Below are positions 9,936 to 19,864 of a stretch of DNA of 64,000 bases, one piece after another. The notes below the pieces were generated by a model, which did no database searches, had not been told where the DNA came from, and was given only the letters and a program-made list of their open reading frames with translations. This DNA is from an uncultured Acidobacteriota bacterium (GTDB taxonomy: Bacteria; Acidobacteriota; Thermoanaerobaculia; UBA5066). Both the position numbers and the translations under genes were made by a program. The stretch lies in assembly GCA_963779415.1 (NCBI GenBank), contig CAVZYA010000003.1, forward strand, positions 335,561 through 399,560, read 5' to 3'. Position 1 is the first letter of the stretch, and every line of letters starts with the position of its first letter.

Positions 9936-10370
9936 ATGTTCGAGAAGCTCTTCCGATCGTTCCGGACGACCTTCAACGATTCGCGTCGTGAGGAGTTCAC
10001 GCTCGAAGAGGAAGTCGCCCTCTACCGCCACCGCGCCGACCTCGCGCTCGAGGAAGAGCGCTGGAACGACGCGTTGGTCTTCCTGGCCAAGATCCTTCGC
10101 CTGAACCCGTACGACCTGCAGGCCCGCATGGCCGTCGCCTGGACCTACCACTACAAGCTCGGCGAGGCGACGAAGGCGCTCCTGACGTACGAGAAGGTGA
10201 TCGCCGCCGCAGGCTATGACGAGTCGAACTCGTACTCTGCGGCCGCGCGCGAAGGGATTCGAGAGCTTGCCTTTTCCGCCGAAGTTCCGTCTCTTCCGAT
10301 GGACGGCCTGATGGACGAAGAGTCCGAAGCCGGGCCCTCGGGCGACGCCTCCCGAAGCGCCGCCGTCTAG
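9936..10370 (+). CDS. Small TPR-repeat protein
   Basis: TPR-like WNDALVFLAKILRLNPYD and KALLTYEKVI; GGAGAGGG RBS; flanked by its own promoter and hairpin. Confidence 0.75.
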   Translation: MFEKLFRSFRTTFNDSRREEFTLEEEVALYRHRADLALEEERWNDALVFLAKILRLNPYDLQARMAVAWTYHYKLGEATKALLTYEKVIAAAGYDESNSYSAAAREGIRELAFSAEVPSLPMDGLMDEESEAGPSGDASRSAAV

Positions 10371-10399
10371 CCTCCTCCTTCTCCCGTTCCCCGGTCTCG

Positions 10400-10430
10400 C
10401 GCCCGCCTCCGGGCGGGCGTCTCCTCTTTC
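10400..10430 (+). terminator. Probable intrinsic terminator
   Basis: cgcccgcc-tccg-ggcgggcg stem followed by a pyrimidine tract. Confidence 0.5.
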
Positions 10431-10467
10431 GTTGACGATTCCTCGGGGCGCGATGCTAGTATCGAAC

Positions 10468-11253
10468 GTGCCCCGCGTTGCGGTCGTCATCCCTTCCCGA
10501 TTCGGCGCCGAGCGCTTTCCGGGCAAGCCTCTCCACCCCATTGCCGGTGTTCCGATGGTCGTCCGCGTCCTGAAGCGGGCGCAGGAGGCGGAAAGGATCG
10601 ACCTCGTCCTCGTCGCGACGGACGACGCGCGGATCGCCTCCGCCGTCGAGGCGGCGGGCGGCCGGGCCGTCCTGACCGACCCGGCCCTCCCGTCGGGAAC
10701 CGACCGGGTCTTCGCGGCCGTCCGCGACCTACCGGTCGAGATCGTCCTGAACGTCCAGGGGGACGAGCCGCTCATGGACCCGCGCAACATCGAGCGCGTG
10801 GCCGATTTCCTTCGGGCGCACCCGGAGTTCCCCCTCGCCACGGTCGCGCTCCCCCTCCCGGAAGAGGGCGACGCCGCCGATCCGAACGTCGTCAAGGTCG
10901 TCCGCGGCGACGACGGCCGGGCCCTCTACTTCTCGCGCGCGCCCATTCCGTATCGCCGCCGGCCCGAGCCGGGCCTTGCCACACTGAAACATCTCGGGCT
11001 CTACGGCTACCGGAAGGAGGCCCTGAAGCGCTGGACCGAGCTGCCTCCGCACCCGCTCGAGCGGGCCGAGAGCCTCGAGCAGCTCCGCGCCCTCGCGGCC
11101 GGGATGGCGATGGCCGTTCTCGATGCCGCGAGCGACTCGATCGGGGTCGACACGATCGAGGATGCCCGAAGAGTCGAGGAGATTCTGAGAAAGCGTGACC
11201 TGGGCCCCGAAGCCAACATCGTGATTCCCGCGGAGGTGCAGAGTGGGAACTAA
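10468..11253 (+). CDS. kdsB: 3-deoxy-manno-octulosonate cytidylyltransferase (CMP-Kdo synthetase)
   Basis: [47 protein letters not shown] and LEQLRAL. GTG start 10468 inferred. Confidence 0.96.
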   Translation: MPRVAVVIPSRFGAERFPGKPLHPIAGVPMVVRVLKRAQEAERIDLVLVATDDARIASAVEAAGGRAVLTDPALPSGTDRVFAAVRDLPVEIVLNVQGDEPLMDPRNIERVADFLRAHPEFPLATVALPLPEEGDAADPNVVKVVRGDDGRALYFSRAPIPYRRRPEPGLATLKHLGLYGYRKEALKRWTELPPHPLERAESLEQLRALAAGMAMAVLDAASDSIGVDTIEDARRVEEILRKRDLGPEANIVIPAEVQSGN

Positions 11254-12935
11254 GTACATCTTCATTACCGGCGGCGTGGTCTCGGGCCTCGGAAAGGGAA
11301 TCGCGGCGGCTTCGATGGGCGCCCTCCTCGAGGCCCGGGGATTCAAGGTCACCCTCCAGAAGTTCGACCCGTACATCAACGTCGATCCCGGCACGATGTC
11401 CCCGTTCCAGCACGGCGAGGTCTACGTGACGGACGACGGCGCCGAGACCGACCTCGACCTCGGGCATTACGAGCGCTTCACGTCGGCAATCACGGGAAAG
11501 GCGAACAGCATCTCGACGGGGAAGATCTACCAGGCCGTCATCGAGAAGGAGCGGCGAGGCGATTACCTCGGAAAGACCGTGCAGGTCATTCCGCACATCA
11601 CGGACGAGATCAAGGACGGGATTCGCCGCGTGGCCGGCGACAACGACGTCGTCCTCGTCGAAATCGGCGGTACGGTGGGCGACATCGAGTCGCTCCCTTT
11701 CCTCGAGGCGATCCGGCAGTTCCGGCAGGACGTCGGGCGCGGCAACGCGATCAACGTCCACCTGACCCTCGTCCCCCACATCGCCGCCTCGGACGAGCTG
11801 AAGACGAAGCCGACGCAGCATTCCGTGAAGGAGCTCCTCTCCATCGGGATCCAGCCCGACATCCTCCTCTGCCGGGCCGACCGTGCCGATCCCCGAGGAG
11901 ATGAAGAAGAAGATCTCTCTTTTCTGCAACGTGGATGAGAGGGCCGTCATCACGGCCCAGGACGTTCCGAGCATCTACGAGGTCCCCCTCGCCTTCGCCC
12001 GCGAGGGCCTCGACGAGATCCTTCTCGACTACCTCTCGCTCCCCCACTACACGCGCGATCTCGCGAAGTGGGAGCAGATCGTGAACCGCGTGAAGAACCC
12101 GGCCGAGGAGGTCACGATCGCCATCTGCGGGAAGTACGTCCAGCTGGGCGACAGCTACAAGTCGCTGAACGAGGCGCTCCACCACGGCGGCATCGCGAAC
12201 GGCCTGAAGGCGAAGCTCGTCTTCGTCGATTCCGAAGAGCTGGAGGCGAGCGGCTTCCCGGATACGCTCGTGAGCGCGGACGCCATCCTGATCCCCGGCG
12301 GCTTCGGCAAGCGCGGGATCGAGGGGAAGATCCAGGCGATCCGGTATGCGCGCGAGATGAAGGTGCCGTTCTTCGGCATCTGCCTCGGGATGCAGTGCGC
12401 CGTGATCGAGTACGCCCGGCACGTCGTGGGGCTCGAGCATGCGAACTCCACCGAGTTCGATCCGGACGCGCCGCACAAGGTCATCTACAAGCTTCGCGAC
12501 CTCCTGAAGGTGGAGGCCCTCGGCGGGACGATGCGGCTCGGCAAGTACCCGTGCGACCTCGCGGAGGGCTCCCTCGCGCGCCGCTGCTACGGCGAGGCCC
12601 AGATCTGGGAGCGCCACCGTCACCGGTACGAGGTGAACCAGGAGTACCTCGGCCCCCTCCGGAGCGCCGGAATGAGCTTCGCGGGGATGTCGCCCGACCG
12701 GAAGTTCGTGGAGATGGTCGAGCTGACGGATCACCCCTGGTTCCTCGGCTGCCAGTTCCACCCCGAGTTCAAGAGCAAGCCGACCGTGCCGCATCCTCTC
12801 TTCAGGGACTTCGTCCGCGCGGCGCGGGCTCACAAGCACGCTCGGCGGCAGGGAGCCGAGCGGACGGCGTCGGAGCTCTCCCCCGTCGTCGAGGCCCCGG
12901 CCCATCTCCCGACCCCGAACGGCGAATCCGCCTGA
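11243..12935 (+). CDS. pyrG: CTP synthase (one frameshift near 11885)
   Basis: ORF 11243..11938 has [17 protein letters not shown] and KTKPTQHSV; ORF 11883..12935 has [20 protein letters not shown] and QFHPEF. Removing one base at gaccgtgccgatc joins them. Confidence 0.97.
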
Positions 12936-13004
12936 AGAGGGCCCGAAGGCCGGAGCTTCTCCTCGCGGCGGTCCCTGCAGGCGCTGCTACGATGGAGGGC
13001 GCCC

Positions 13005-13844
13005 ATGAAGGTCTTCGCGTCGATCACCCCTCATCTCTCCGTCGGTGACCGCTGCCGCCCCGTCTTCTTCGCCGGGCCGTGCGTCCTCGAGTCGCGAGCG
13101 CACGCCCTGAAGATGGCGAGGGAAATCAAGAAGGTCTTCACCGATCTCGGCGCCGCCGACCGGCTCGTCTTCAAGTCCTCGTTCGACAAGGCGAACCGGA
13201 GCGCGGGCGACTCGTTCCGGGGTCCCGGTCTCGAGAAGGGGCTTTCGATCCTGTCGGAGGTGAAGGAGAAGACGGACCTTCCTGTCGTGACCGACGTCCA
13301 CGAGCCCGAGCAGTGCGCGATCGCCGCCGAGGTCGCCGACGTCCTCCAGATCCCGGCGTTCCTCTGCCGGCAGACCGACCTCATCCTCGCCGCCGCGGGG
13401 ACGGGGAGGGCGCTGAACGTGAAGAAGGGGCAGTTCCTCGCCCCGGACGACGCCAAGCAGATCGTCGAGAAGTGCCGCGCCGCGGGAAACGGGAACATGA
13501 TTCTCTGCGAGCGCGGGACGACCTTCGGCTACCACAACCTCGTCGTCGACTTCCGCGCGCTCCCCATGATGCGCGCGCTCGGCGTCCCGGTGATCTACGA
13601 CGCGACGCACTCCCTCCAGCTCCCGGGCGGCCTCGGGACGGAGACGGGGGGCTCCCGCGAGTACGCCCCCGCTCTCGCACGCGCCGCCGCCGCCGTCGGC
13701 GCCGACGGCTACTTCTTCGAGGTCCACGACGACCCGGCGCACGCGAAGTCCGACCGCGCCACGCAGCTCCCCCTCGCGACCCTCCCGAAGTTCCTCTCGG
13801 ACCTCCTGAAGTTCGACGCCCTCCGGCGCGAGACGAACCCTTAG
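13005..13844 (+). CDS. kdsA: Kdo-8-phosphate synthase
   Basis: AGPCVLES, FKSSFDKANRS, QIPAFLCRQTDL, NVKKGQFLAP and DATHSLQLPG. Confidence 0.97.
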   Translation: MKVFASITPHLSVGDRCRPVFFAGPCVLESRAHALKMAREIKKVFTDLGAADRLVFKSSFDKANRSAGDSFRGPGLEKGLSILSEVKEKTDLPVVTDVHEPEQCAIAAEVADVLQIPAFLCRQTDLILAAAGTGRALNVKKGQFLAPDDAKQIVEKCRAAGNGNMILCERGTTFGYHNLVVDFRALPMMRALGVPVIYDATHSLQLPGGLGTETGGSREYAPALARAAAAVGADGYFFEVHDDPAHAKSDRATQLPLATLPKFLSDLLKFDALRRETNP

Positions 13845-13895
13845 GAGAGTCGCGCCCCACAGACGTCGACTCGAGCGGCCCTTCTCGCCGGCTGA

Positions 13896-16196
13896 GTGAC
13901 AATGGCGCGGGAGAGTGCTGGCATAGGCATCCAACCGGGGACACGACTGGGGCCTTACGAGGTCGTTTCGCTGCTCGGCGCTGGCGGAATGGGCGAGGTG
14001 TATCGCGCCCGCGACCCGCGCCTCGGCCGCGAGGTCGCGATCAAGACGATCGCTCCCCATCTCGGCGGCGGGCCGGAGGCGCTCGCCCGATTCCAGCGCG
14101 AGGCCCGGACGATCGCGGCCCTGACCCATCCGAACATCCTGGCCGTCTTCGACGTGGGAACCCACGAAGACGTCTGGTTTCTCGTGACGGAGCTGCTCGA
14201 AGGGGAGACCCTGGGCGAGAGGCTCTCACGCAACGTCCTCCCCTGGACGAAAGCGGTCGACATCGCGGCGGCCGTGGCCGAGGGGCTCGCGGACGCCCAT
14301 GCGCACGGGATCGTCCACCGCGACCTCAAGCCGGGAAATCTGTTCCTGACGTCGGAGGGACGGGTCAAGATCCTCGACTTCGGCCTGGCCCGGCGGATCC
14401 TCTCCGCGGCCGCTGCCGGGGACGCGGAGGCGCCGACGCTCGCGCCCTCCACGGAGCCCGGGACGATCCTGGGCACCGTCCTCTACATGTCGCCGGAGCA
14501 GGTCGAGGGCGGGCCGCTCGACGCCCGCTCGGACATCTACTCGCTCGGATCCGTCCTCTACGAAATGCTCGCCGGGAAGCCTCCCTTCCCGTCCACGTCG
14601 CCTGGCGGAACGATGGCGGCCATCCTGCGTGATCCTCCGCCGCCGATCCCCGGGGACCGGCAGGCGCTCCCGGCCGGCCTCGAACGCGTCGTGTGGCGCT
14701 GTCTCGAAAAGAACCCGGACGAGCGGTTCCAGTCGGCCCGGGATCTGGCATTCGCGCTCCGGGCCTTTTCCCGCGGCGCGGCGCCGACCGCTGAGGAGGC
14801 CGCAGTCCGGAGGGGTCCCCCGTCCGTAGCCGTCCTTCCGTTCCGTAATCTCAGCGCCGATCCGGAGAACGAGTTCTTTGTCGACGGGATCCTGGAGGAC
14901 GTGATCGCGCATTTGTCGAAAATCCGCTCCCTGAAGGTGATTTCCCGGTCGTCGGTGATGCCCTTCAAGGACCGGGAGCAGAGCCCGCGGGAGATCGGGA
15001 CGACTCTGGGCGCTTCTGCGATCCTGGAAGGGAGCGTCCGGCGCGCCGGGAATCGCGTGCGCATCGTCGCGCAGCTCATCGAGGCCCGGACGAACGAGCA
15101 CATCTGGGCCGAAACCTACGACCGCGAGCTCACCGACATCTTCGCGATTCAGACCGACGTCGCCTTCCAGATCGCCGCGGCATTGAAGGCGGAGCTCTCT
15201 CTCGACGAGCGGCGCCGGATCCAGAGGACTCCGACTCGCGATCTCCGCGCCTATCAGCTCTACCTTCAGGGGAGGTACTGCCACAGCCGGTACACCGAGG
15301 AGGGGTTCCGAAAGGGCATCGGCTACTTCGAGGAGGCGATCGCCGCGGACCCGGAGTTTGCGCTGGCGCACGCGGGGCTGGCGCTGGCGTATGCCGAGCT
15401 CGGCCAGGAACAGGGCTCCGGGGCGCTCAAACCCGCGGAGGCCTTTCGAAGGGCCCGGGAAGCCGTCGCGAAGGCGCTGGCGCTCGACAACGCGCTCGCG
15501 GAAGCGCACGGCGTCGTGGCGCTTCTGAAGTTCATATGCGATTACGACTGGGTCGGCGCCGAACGGGAATTCCAGCGCGCGCTCGAGCTCAGTCCGGGGA
15601 GCGCGGACCTCCACGATCACTACGGATGGCTCTGTTCGGCGCTCGGGCGATACGACGACGCGATCCGGCTCGTGAAGCGCGCGCAGGAGCTGGACCCGCT
15701 GACCCATCGTTCGGATCTCGCCAACGAACTGCTCCGGGCGGGTCGGATCGCTGAGGCGCTGGCGCTCGCCGAGCGGCTCGTCGAATTCGAGCCCGACTAC
15801 CCGAGGGGCCACTCGATCTCGGGCTGGGCCCTCATCGCGATGGGCCGCAGCCGCGAAGGACTCGAGGCGCTCGAGCGGGCCGCCGCGCTGAGCCCGGAGA
15901 GCACGACCTTCCTGGGACAGCTTGGCCAGGCGTACGGGATGACCGGCGAGGAGGCGAAGGCCCGGGACGTTCTCGCGTGCCTTCACGCCCTGTCTCTGAC
16001 CCGCACCATCTCCCCGTACGCCTTCGCTTACGTTCACACCGGCCTCGGCGAGAACGACCTGGCTCTCGACTGGCTCGAAAGGGCCTACGAGCAGGGGTCG
16101 GGTCCGATCTACGGAATCAAGGGTTCGTTCCTGTTCCGGAGCCTCCGGTCGCATCCCAGATTCACGGCGCTCCTCCGGAAGATGAACCTCGCCTGA
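13896..16196 (+). CDS. Hanks-type Ser/Thr kinase with TolB-N-like and TPR C-terminal region, no transmembrane segment
   Basis: LGAGGMGEVY, VAIK, HRDLKPGN, DFGLAR and YMSPEQ, then SVAVLPFRNLS and multiple TPRs. Exact start uncertain. Confidence 0.93.
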   Translation: MTMARESAGIGIQPGTRLGPYEVVSLLGAGGMGEVYRARDPRLGREVAIKTIAPHLGGGPEALARFQREARTIAALTHPNILAVFDVGTHEDVWFLVTELLEGETLGERLSRNVLPWTKAVDIAAAVAEGLADAHAHGIVHRDLKPGNLFLTSEGRVKILDFGLARRILSAAAAGDAEAPTLAPSTEPGTILGTVLYMSPEQVEGGPLDARSDIYSLGSVLYEMLAGKPPFPSTSPGGTMAAILRDPPPPIPGDRQALPAGLERVVWRCLEKNPDERFQSARDLAFALRAFSRGAAPTAEEAAVRRGPPSVAVLPFRNLSADPENEFFVDGILEDVIAHLSKIRSLKVISRSSVMPFKDREQSPREIGTTLGASAILEGSVRRAGNRVRIVAQLIEARTNEHIWAETYDRELTDIFAIQTDVAFQIAAALKAELSLDERRRIQRTPTRDLRAYQLYLQGRYCHSRYTEEGFRKGIGYFEEAIAADPEFALAHAGLALAYAELGQEQGSGALKPAEAFRRAREAVAKALALDNALAEAHGVVALLKFICDYDWVGAEREFQRALELSPGSADLHDHYGWLCSALGRYDDAIRLVKRAQELDPLTHRSDLANELLRAGRIAEALALAERLVEFEPDYPRGHSISGWALIAMGRSREGLEALERAAALSPESTTFLGQLGQAYGMTGEEAKARDVLACLHALSLTRTISPYAFAYVHTGLGENDLALDWLERAYEQGSGPIYGIKGSFLFRSLRSHPRFTALLRKMNLA

Positions 16197-16230
16197 AGCG
16201 CAGCAAAGGGAAAACGACCGGAGCTCCAGC

Positions 16231-17088
16231 ATGAACGCGAGCCCTGCGGCCACCGCCTTCGCCATCTCCTTCCGACGCGTTACCGTCCGCCGCGGCCGCG
16301 AGCTCGCGCTCGACGGCGTCACCTTCGACGTTCCGGCGGGCTCGGTCTTCGCCCTCCTCGGGCCGGAGGGTTCCGGCCGCTCGGCCCTGCTCCGGTGCCC
16401 CCTCGGACGGGTGAAGCCCGACGCGGGGACCTGTTTCGTCTTCGGGGTGGCCGCCTGGCCGTCACGCCGGGCCGCGAGGCGCCGCATCGGCGCCGTCCTC
16501 GCGAAGGCGGACGCCCCCACGGACCCGTCCGCCCCCCTCTCGCGCTTCTTCAGACGTCTTCTCCCCCGCCGGGATGCCGAGTCTCCCTCCGGGCTCCTCG
16601 CGAGGCTGCGTGGCGCCGGAGCCTCGAGCCCCGACCTCGTCGTCCTCGACGACACGGCGCTCGCTTCCGACCCGGCCGCGCGGCGGGATACCCTCGAGCC
16701 TCTCCTGCGCGAGGCGGCGGGGCGCGGAGCGACGGTCCTGATCGTGACGGACGACCTTCCTCTCGTCGAGCGTGTCGCGACGCACGTCGGGATCCTTCGG
16801 AGGGGACGGCTCGCCCTCGTCGGGCCGCTCGGGACCGTGAGGGCCCGGTTCCGCCGGATCCGCTACTCGAACGAGCGGACCGAGGAGCGGACGGAGTTCG
16901 GGACCGAGCTCGATGCCTTCGACGCCGTGCAAGTGAAGGTGAGGGGCTGGGGAATCGACGCCGTCGTCTCGAACTTCGACGAGGGGGCGTTCGCGCGGTT
17001 CGCCTCGACCGAAGGCGTCGTCGATGCCGAGGCCGAGGAGCTCTCGCTCGAGGAGATCTTCGAGGCCGTCTCCGGGGTCGGACGGTGA
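16231..17088 (+). CDS. Degenerate ABC transporter ATP-binding-like protein
   Basis: ALDGVTFDVPAGSVFALLGPEGSGRS (Walker A K replaced by R), LVVLDD (no catalytic Glu), no LSGG signature; C-terminus LSLEEIF. Confidence 0.7.
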   Translation: MNASPAATAFAISFRRVTVRRGRELALDGVTFDVPAGSVFALLGPEGSGRSALLRCPLGRVKPDAGTCFVFGVAAWPSRRAARRRIGAVLAKADAPTDPSAPLSRFFRRLLPRRDAESPSGLLARLRGAGASSPDLVVLDDTALASDPAARRDTLEPLLREAAGRGATVLIVTDDLPLVERVATHVGILRRGRLALVGPLGTVRARFRRIRYSNERTEERTEFGTELDAFDAVQVKVRGWGIDAVVSNFDEGAFARFASTEGVVDAEAEELSLEEIFEAVSGVGR

Positions 17089-17120
17089 AGTGTCGGCCGG
17101 GCATCCCGTAAGATCGGGGC

Positions 17121-18089
17121 GTGACGACCCCGGCCCAGCAGCAGGCCCGGCGGGTTCTGGAGATCGAGGCGGAGGCGGTCCGCTCGCTTCTCGAGGACCT
17201 CGACGCGGGGTTCGACGCCGCCGTCGAAGCGATGAAGGGGACCGCGGGGCGCGTGGTGGTGACCGGGATCGGAAAGAGCGGCATCGTGGGGCAGAAGATC
17301 GCCGCGACGCTCGCCTCGACAGGGACGGCGGCCTTCTTCCTCCACCCGACGGAGGCGATTCACGGAGATCTCGGGGTGATCCTGAAGGGAGACGTCGTCC
17401 TCGCCGTCTCCTATTCCGGCGAGACCGAGGAGCTGATCGCCCTCGCGCCACACGTGAAGCGGCGGGGCGCGTCGCTCGTCGCCCTGACCGGGAGCCCGAC
17501 CTCGTCCCTCGGCCGGAGCGCCGACATCGTCGTGACCTGCCGTATCCGCGAGGAAGCCTGTCCCCTGAATCTCGCGCCGACGGCCTCCACGACCGCCCAG
17601 ATGGCGATGGGGGACGCGCTCGCGATGGCGCTCTCGGTCGAAAAGGGTTTCCGGCCGGAGGATTTCGCCGCGCTCCACCCCGGCGGCAAACTCGGGAAGC
17701 GCTTTCTCCACGTCTCGGACCTGATGCACACCGGGGACGCGGTGCCGGTCGTGCCGGAGACCGCCGCGATGAAGGTCGTCGTCTACGAGATGTCGAAAAA
17801 GCGGTTCGGCATCACGGGCGTCGTCGACGGCGGCGGACGGCTCGCGGGCGCCATCTCCGACGGCGACCTCCGGCGCCTCCTCGAGCGCCACGGCTCGAAG
17901 GCGATGGACCTTTCGGCGGGCGAGGCGATGAGCCGAAGCCCGAAGACGATCGCGGCCTCGGCCTTCGCGACGGCGGCCGTCCTCGGGATGGAGGAGCAGA
18001 AGATCACCTCGCTCTTCGTCGTGGACGACGGCGGCCGGCCCGAGGGGATCCTGCACCTGCACGATCTCTGGGGCATCGAGTCGATCTGA
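17121..18089 (+). CDS. kdsD: Arabinose-5-phosphate isomerase, KpsF/GutQ family
   Basis: VTGIGKSG, HPTEAIHGDLG, EACPLNLAPTASTT, HPGGKLGK and a CBS pair. Confidence 0.96.
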   Translation: MTTPAQQQARRVLEIEAEAVRSLLEDLDAGFDAAVEAMKGTAGRVVVTGIGKSGIVGQKIAATLASTGTAAFFLHPTEAIHGDLGVILKGDVVLAVSYSGETEELIALAPHVKRRGASLVALTGSPTSSLGRSADIVVTCRIREEACPLNLAPTASTTAQMAMGDALAMALSVEKGFRPEDFAALHPGGKLGKRFLHVSDLMHTGDAVPVVPETAAMKVVVYEMSKKRFGITGVVDGGGRLAGAISDGDLRRLLERHGSKAMDLSAGEAMSRSPKTIAASAFATAAVLGMEEQKITSLFVVDDGGRPEGILHLHDLWGIESI

Positions 18090-18104
18090 GGGAGATTCCG
18101 GGCG

Positions 18105-18908
18105 TTGTCGATGCAGCTCTACACGATGGCGCTCTCGCGCCTCGTGCCGCTTCTCCTTCTCGTCTCCGTCTTTCTCATCGCCGGACGTTTCGTCCACGAT
18201 CGGGCCCGGGGGAGTCATCCCGCTCTCGCGAGGCCGCTCTTCGGTGCGGTCCTCCTCTGCGGGGCCCTGGTCGTCGCTCCCCTCGTCGCCCGCGACTCGA
18301 TCCTCGTCGGAGCCGAGCGAGCCTTCCAGGCGGGAGACTGGCCGACCGCGGCAAGGCGCTTCGAAACCTACGCGGCGCTCCGGGGAACGGCGCGGGGGAA
18401 CGAGGGCTACCGCTGGGCGCTGGCCCTCATGAACTCTCACCGGTATTCGGATGCCGAAAGCGTCCTGATAAGGAGCTTTCCTCCGCCCGGCGAGCGCACG
18501 GTCGCCATCCGGCCCGACCGCGTACTCGCACTGGCCGTTTGTCGCTACTACACCGGGCGCCACGAGCTGGCCAGAAAGACGCTCCTCGCGATCCCGCCCG
18601 GGCTCTCGGCGGTCCGCGAATACCTGTTGGGCCGCATTGACGAGGAAGAGGGAATGCGCGACGCCTCCGTCGCGAACTACCGGGAAGCGCTCCGGAGAGA
18701 GCCCGGCTTCTACCCGGCCCTCTATCAGCTCGTCCGCGTCCTCGTCCTCGAAGGCCGGCTGGCCGAGGCCGAAGGCGCCGTGGAGTCCTTTGAGCGGAAA
18801 GCGGGGACCCGCTCCGCAAACACGGCACTCGATGACCTGAAACGCGCGGCCCGCCGGGCTTCTCCTCCGCCCGGCCCGAAGGAGTTCCTGCTTGTTCAGG
18901 CGGACTAG
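18105..18908 (+). CDS. Membrane-anchored TPR protein
   Basis: Two N-terminal hydrophobic helices followed by TPR-like repeats. Start uncertain (ATG 18111 or 18126). Confidence 0.7.
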   Translation: MSMQLYTMALSRLVPLLLLVSVFLIAGRFVHDRARGSHPALARPLFGAVLLCGALVVAPLVARDSILVGAERAFQAGDWPTAARRFETYAALRGTARGNEGYRWALALMNSHRYSDAESVLIRSFPPPGERTVAIRPDRVLALAVCRYYTGRHELARKTLLAIPPGLSAVREYLLGRIDEEEGMRDASVANYREALRREPGFYPALYQLVRVLVLEGRLAEAEGAVESFERKAGTRSANTALDDLKRAARRASPPPGPKEFLLVQAD

Positions 18909-19848
18909 CGTCCGGGTGGAAGACGTCGCCTCCATCGGACTCACCGTTTCGCTCGTCGCCTTCGCCGGGATTCGCTCCGCGCTCTCCGACCTGCGCCTCG
19001 ACGAATCGAACTGGTGGGACCTCTCCTTCATCCTCACGCCGGTGTCGGTCCTCGTTTTTTTCGCGGCGTGCCGCTATGCATGGAGAGGGGACGAGGCCGG
19101 GTCTCCGTCGGTATTCAACTCCGTCGGAACCACGATTCGCGACTGGCTGCCGTTCCTGATCTTCTCACTGACGTACGAGACCTTTCGGAGCCGGATCTGG
19201 AGCCTCGTCCTCGTCCGGGACCGTGATGCCGAGCTCCTCCGGCTCGACCGCCTCCTCTTCGGTGAGACCCCGAGCGTCCTGCTCCAGCACGCCATCACGC
19301 CGCTCCTGACGAACGCGATGTCGGTCTTCTACTTCCTGCACCTGGTCGCCCCGCCGGTGTTGGCCTTCGCTCTCTACCGCAAGGATCGGCGACTCTTCCG
19401 CGAGTTCCTCTTCGCCGTCCTCCTCTCGGGAGCCATCGGCTCGGCCGGGTACCTCACCGTTCCCGCCACCGGACCCCAGGTCGCGTATCCGGAACTGTTC
19501 CCGGTACCTCTCCAGGGAGACGTCTTCGACCCGATCACCCGCATCCTCGAGACGGCCCGCGCCCCGCGGGACGTCTTCCCGAGCCTCCACGTCGGCGTCT
19601 CGACGATCGTCCTCTACTACGCCTTTCGCCGAGGGAGGCTTCCGGGCCTCATCCTGCTCCCCTTCGTACTCGGCAACTGGGTCTCCACGCTCTATCTGAG
19701 GTACCACTACCTCGTCGACGTCTTTGCCGGCTGGGGGGTCGCCTTCCTGGCGATCGCCCTCTCGCGTTACCTGCTCGGCCTCGAGGGCCGCTTCCGGTCG
19801 TCCCGGAAGGAAAAGCTCTCTTTTGAGCGTGAGAGCAAGGCCGATTGA
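18892..19848 (+). CDS. PAP2-superfamily membrane phosphotransferase/phosphatase, Aur1/IPC-synthase-like (PAP2_3)
   Basis: Multi-TM protein with IRDWLP, D..LFG, YLTVPATGP, FPSLHVG and STLYLRYHYLVD. Confidence 0.85.
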   Translation: MFRRTSVRVEDVASIGLTVSLVAFAGIRSALSDLRLDESNWWDLSFILTPVSVLVFFAACRYAWRGDEAGSPSVFNSVGTTIRDWLPFLIFSLTYETFRSRIWSLVLVRDRDAELLRLDRLLFGETPSVLLQHAITPLLTNAMSVFYFLHLVAPPVLAFALYRKDRRLFREFLFAVLLSGAIGSAGYLTVPATGPQVAYPELFPVPLQGDVFDPITRILETARAPRDVFPSLHVGVSTIVLYYAFRRGRLPGLILLPFVLGNWVSTLYLRYHYLVDVFAGWGVAFLAIALSRYLLGLEGRFRSSRKEKLSFERESKAD

Positions 19849-19864
19849 CAGATAATCCGCCCGA

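Noticed and set aside
11870-11900. Programmed frameshifting or true pseudogenisation of pyrG and other split genes
   Set aside because: No slippery heptamer is evident, pyrG is essential, and similar breaks are scattered through unrelated genes, which fits sequencing error better.
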